Source: Nitrososphaerota archaeon (GTDB lineage: Archaea > Thermoproteota > EX4484-205 > JAAOZP01). Taken from it: 62,576 nucleotides of DNA. The stretch is taken from NCBI GenBank assembly GCA_011605725.1, contig JAAOZP010000020.1:1-62576 (forward strand). The letters run 5' to 3'. Positions within the stretch are counted from its first letter, which is position 1, and every line of letters starts with the position of its first letter. Shown here piece by piece: positions 60,245-62,576 of this stretch. The position numbers were made by a program, and so were the translations under genes. The notes beneath the pieces are model-generated. The model did no database searches and had not been told where the DNA came from. It was given only the letters and a program-made list of their open reading frames with translations.

Positions 60245-61080
60245 TTTCCAACCATCACCTTAATATTCTGAAACAGTTCTTGAAACTTGGGTTTCCATTC
60301 CTTCATTTCTACTGCGAACGGTATTCCCCTAGAGTATAGCTCTGCAATCCTCCTATCATAGGGTATCTCGAGAAGTATAGGAATATCCTCGTTTCTACAA
60401 TATTCGTAGACGCGTGTATCTCCTATCCCCGTCCTGTTCACTAAGACCCCGAAAGGTATTTTGATCTCCCTCAGCATATCAACCATCAGTTTAAGACTGT
60501 GTAAACCGAATGGCGTGGGCTCCGTTACAAGGATGCAAAAATCACTACCGTAGACGGATTCTATAACCGGGCATGAGGTTCCAGGGGGACAGTCGATTAT
60601 CACGTCCTTTCCCTCTTTAATCTCATCCTTGACTGCACGGATTAAGCGTCCCGCCACTGGTTCTTCCAGATTCAATACTCCGTAAACGAGCCTAATATTA
60701 TTCTGTTCAGCCATTCGTATAACTCCTATCTCCCTGCTTTCTTCGATGATTGCTTTTCTCGGGCAGACTATGCTGCACAGGCCGCAGCTGTGGCAAAGCT
60801 GGTCGAATATCATGATCTTGTTAGGCAGCACTGCAATCGCGTTAAATTGGCAAACCTCTGCGCATTTACCGCATCTGTCACAGAGCTCCGTATTTACTCT
60901 AGGTGTAGGAGAATATATCCTCTTTTCCTCATAACTATTCATCTTGAAAAACAGGTGGTCGTTTGGCTCTTGAACATCGCAATCTAACAATTGGATTCCG
61001 CCCTCTAAAGAGAGAGCCATGTTTACTGCCACTGTGGTTTTTCCTGTTCCTCCTTTACCGCTTGCAACAGAGATTATCAT
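60241..61080 (-). CDS. MinD/ParA-type P-loop ATPase with inserted 4Fe-4S ferredoxin domain
   Basis: SGKGGTGKT, DCDVQEPN, CDRCGKC, DCPPGTSCP, EPTPFG; GGAGGTG RBS before ATG at 61080. Confidence 0.93.
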   Translation of the reverse strand: MIISVASGKGGTGKTTVAVNMALSLEGGIQLLDCDVQEPNDHLFFKMNSYEEKRIYSPTPRVNTELCDRCGKCAEVCQFNAIAVLPNKIMIFDQLCHSCGLCSIVCPRKAIIEESREIGVIRMAEQNNIRLVYGVLNLEEPVAGRLIRAVKDEIKEGKDVIIDCPPGTSCPVIESVYGSDFCILVTEPTPFGLHSLKLMVDMLREIKIPFGVLVNRTGIGDTRVYEYCRNEDIPILLEIPYDRRIAELYSRGIPFAVEMKEWKPKFQELFQNIKVMVGK

Positions 61081-61193
61081 ATCACCTCCCACTCCTGCAT
61101 TAAACTTAGTGATAAAAGTTTCACCTCCTATTAAGGATTAGTTCAACATCTATTTCTAGACAGACATGTGCTGACAATAATTCGGAGGAAGAA

Positions 61194-61299
61194 CGGGCCC
61201 GCTGGGATTTGAACCCAGATCATTACAGCTTTCTTCACGTATCTACATATTTGTATAGTTTAGGAGGCTGCCGCCATATCCAGGTTAGGCGACGGGCCC
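61194..61299 (-). tRNA. tRNA-Arg(CCT) with a 30-nt 37/38 intron (61231-61260)
   Basis: Acceptor stem GGGCCCG/CGGGCCC; GCAGC-CTCCTAA-GCTGT after splicing; GGTTCAAATCC. Confidence 0.93.
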
Positions 61300-61404
61300 A
61301 AGAAAAACCTTCCCTACAGGCCTTTTTATATTTTCTGTTCAGTATCTACTTAAGGGCGCTTCTTGTAAAGAGGGGATATTGCGAGAAACAGGGGAAAATA
61401 AGGC

Positions 61405-61752
61405 TTGCACGAAACGCGTGCTTTCAAGGAGGAGAAAAGGATTAAACGGCATCTCTGCTTTAAAATACTGGACAGCATAGAGATTCTACAGGAAAGGGAG
61501 AAGATTACTATCCTAATTCGTAAACCTCTCCTAAGACACTGCATCGACATCGTGATGCTTCAGTCAGTAAAACAGGGCGCTAAAAGCGTTAAGGAGATTC
61601 GTAAATTAATAGATTTCCCAGAATACATGATTAGAAACCGGATAACAAGGTTGGTGGGCGAAGGGAAGGTTTCAAAAACGGTAGAAGGAAAACGTTTTAT
61701 TCTAAGCCTTACAGCTAAGGGAGGGGCGAACTATCCGATTAAGGAAGGATGA
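61405..61752 (+). CDS. Winged-helix protein
   Basis: IRNRITRLVGEGKVSK..LSLTAKG MarR-like wing; start uncertain. Confidence 0.5.
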   Translation: MHETRAFKEEKRIKRHLCFKILDSIEILQEREKITILIRKPLLRHCIDIVMLQSVKQGAKSVKEIRKLIDFPEYMIRNRITRLVGEGKVSKTVEGKRFILSLTAKGGANYPIKEG

Positions 61753-61784
61753 GGAGAAGATTGGTGAGTACAGTTTCAACCTTA

Positions 61785-61796
61785 AGCGCGCGCGCA
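61785..61796. repeat. (GC)5 tract AGCGCGCGCGCA, a longer variant of the junction palindrome
   Basis: Read directly; intergenic. Confidence 0.7.
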
Positions 61797-61845
61797 AAAT
61801 GGCTGACCCACGAGAGATGAAGGCCTATTAAAATTAAGTAAAATC

Positions 61846-62576
61846 TTAAGCAGTGCGCAGTGTTTTCATAGCTTCAACAAAGCTATGAAAGCACGACCTG
61901 TCGAATGAACCATCGACTGTGCCGTCGGGCTCCATAGTCAGCAGCCCTTCATACCCCCAGTTATTCCTTATTCTTTTCAAAGCTCCATAGAAATCGAAGC
62001 CAGGATGATCTAAAACCCATTTGCCCTGCCAAAGCTTTCCCCGCAAATGGACATTTACTATTTTATCAACAATCAACTCGAAAGAGTCCAGCTCGTTATA
62101 GAGAATAGCCCACCGCAGATCAAGCGTTACATAATCGAAAAGTTTCACTAAAGCGAAAGGCGTGTAACCCTCCAAATGAGTCGGAATATTTTCTACAGAC
62201 GCCTTTACACCGGGAAATTGGCGCACAACTTCATTGAAAGTTTTTTGTATACGACCTAGGTCGAAGCCCTTTGCCCAAGTATCCCAAAGGTGGAATACAC
62301 AGACACCTGCTCTCAGCTCGCTGGCGATAAGTAAAGCATCATATGCAACCCGTTTCCCTTTCTCCCAATCGCGCTCCCGGCTTGAACAAAGATAACAGCC
62401 AATGTCTCTGCTCGCATGTACGGATAATATAGGCAGTGCCTCCTTTTTCAAAACATCCAGTATTTCCCTAGCCGTATACTTAGGGGTCTTGGTCCAATCT
62501 GCAAGATCCCCGTCAGTCAAAGGAGGATTCTCACTATCCCATTCCGGCTCAAGCTGCAGCTCAAAACCATCCACAA
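61846..62576 (-). CDS. Sugar-phosphate isomerase / AP-endonuclease-2 TIM-barrel protein (5' end outside window)
   Basis: DGFEL, SVHA, VFH, VENIP, TLD, NVHL, TME. Confidence 0.75.
   Translation of the reverse strand, partial: VDGFELQLEPEWDSENPPLTDGDLADWTKTPKYTAREILDVLKKEALPILSVHASRDIGCYLCSSRERDWEKGKRVAYDALLIASELRAGVCVFHLWDTWAKGFDLGRIQKTFNEVVRQFPGVKASVENIPTHLEGYTPFALVKLFDYVTLDLRWAILYNELDSFELIVDKIVNVHLRGKLWQGKWVLDHPGFDFYGALKRIRNNWGYEGLLTMEPDGTVDGSFDRSCFHSFVEAMKTLRTA

Overview
Chromosomal segment of an anaerobic TACK/Thermoproteota-type archaeon. PolD together with Elf1, a beta-type tRNA splicing endonuclease subunit and intron-rich tRNAs suggests a Bathyarchaeia/Brockarchaeia-like lineage (inference). 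From left to right: (i) a LAGLIDADG-domain ORF, a partner ORF and a degenerate copy at the 3' end of an intron-containing tRNA-Leu; (ii) a core block (mat, gatB, srp54, pus10, rpl21e, rpo4, eif5a, NAD kinase, nob1, PolD DP2, GGGP synthase, elf1); (iii) an ORB-containing replication origin upstream of cdc6/orc1; (iv) a ~4 kb mosaic of unrelated gene fragments (radA, AEP primase, STAND-TPR, ParB-like, ankyrin) between cdc6 and tRNA-Phe, in which three fragment junctions coincide with the same palindrome AGCGCGCGCT; (v) alaS, leuS, a double-intron tRNA-Arg with an anomalous anticodon loop, endA and hisS; (vi) a nucleoside/sugar ABC and catabolic cluster; (vii) a partly decayed Fe-S/redox island resembling the Orange-protein complex, with a visible GTTTA-N5-TAAAC operator, ending at a second tRNA-Arg. 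No CRISPR array, rRNA or intact transposase was seen. All calls come from reading motifs by eye; no database searches were run.
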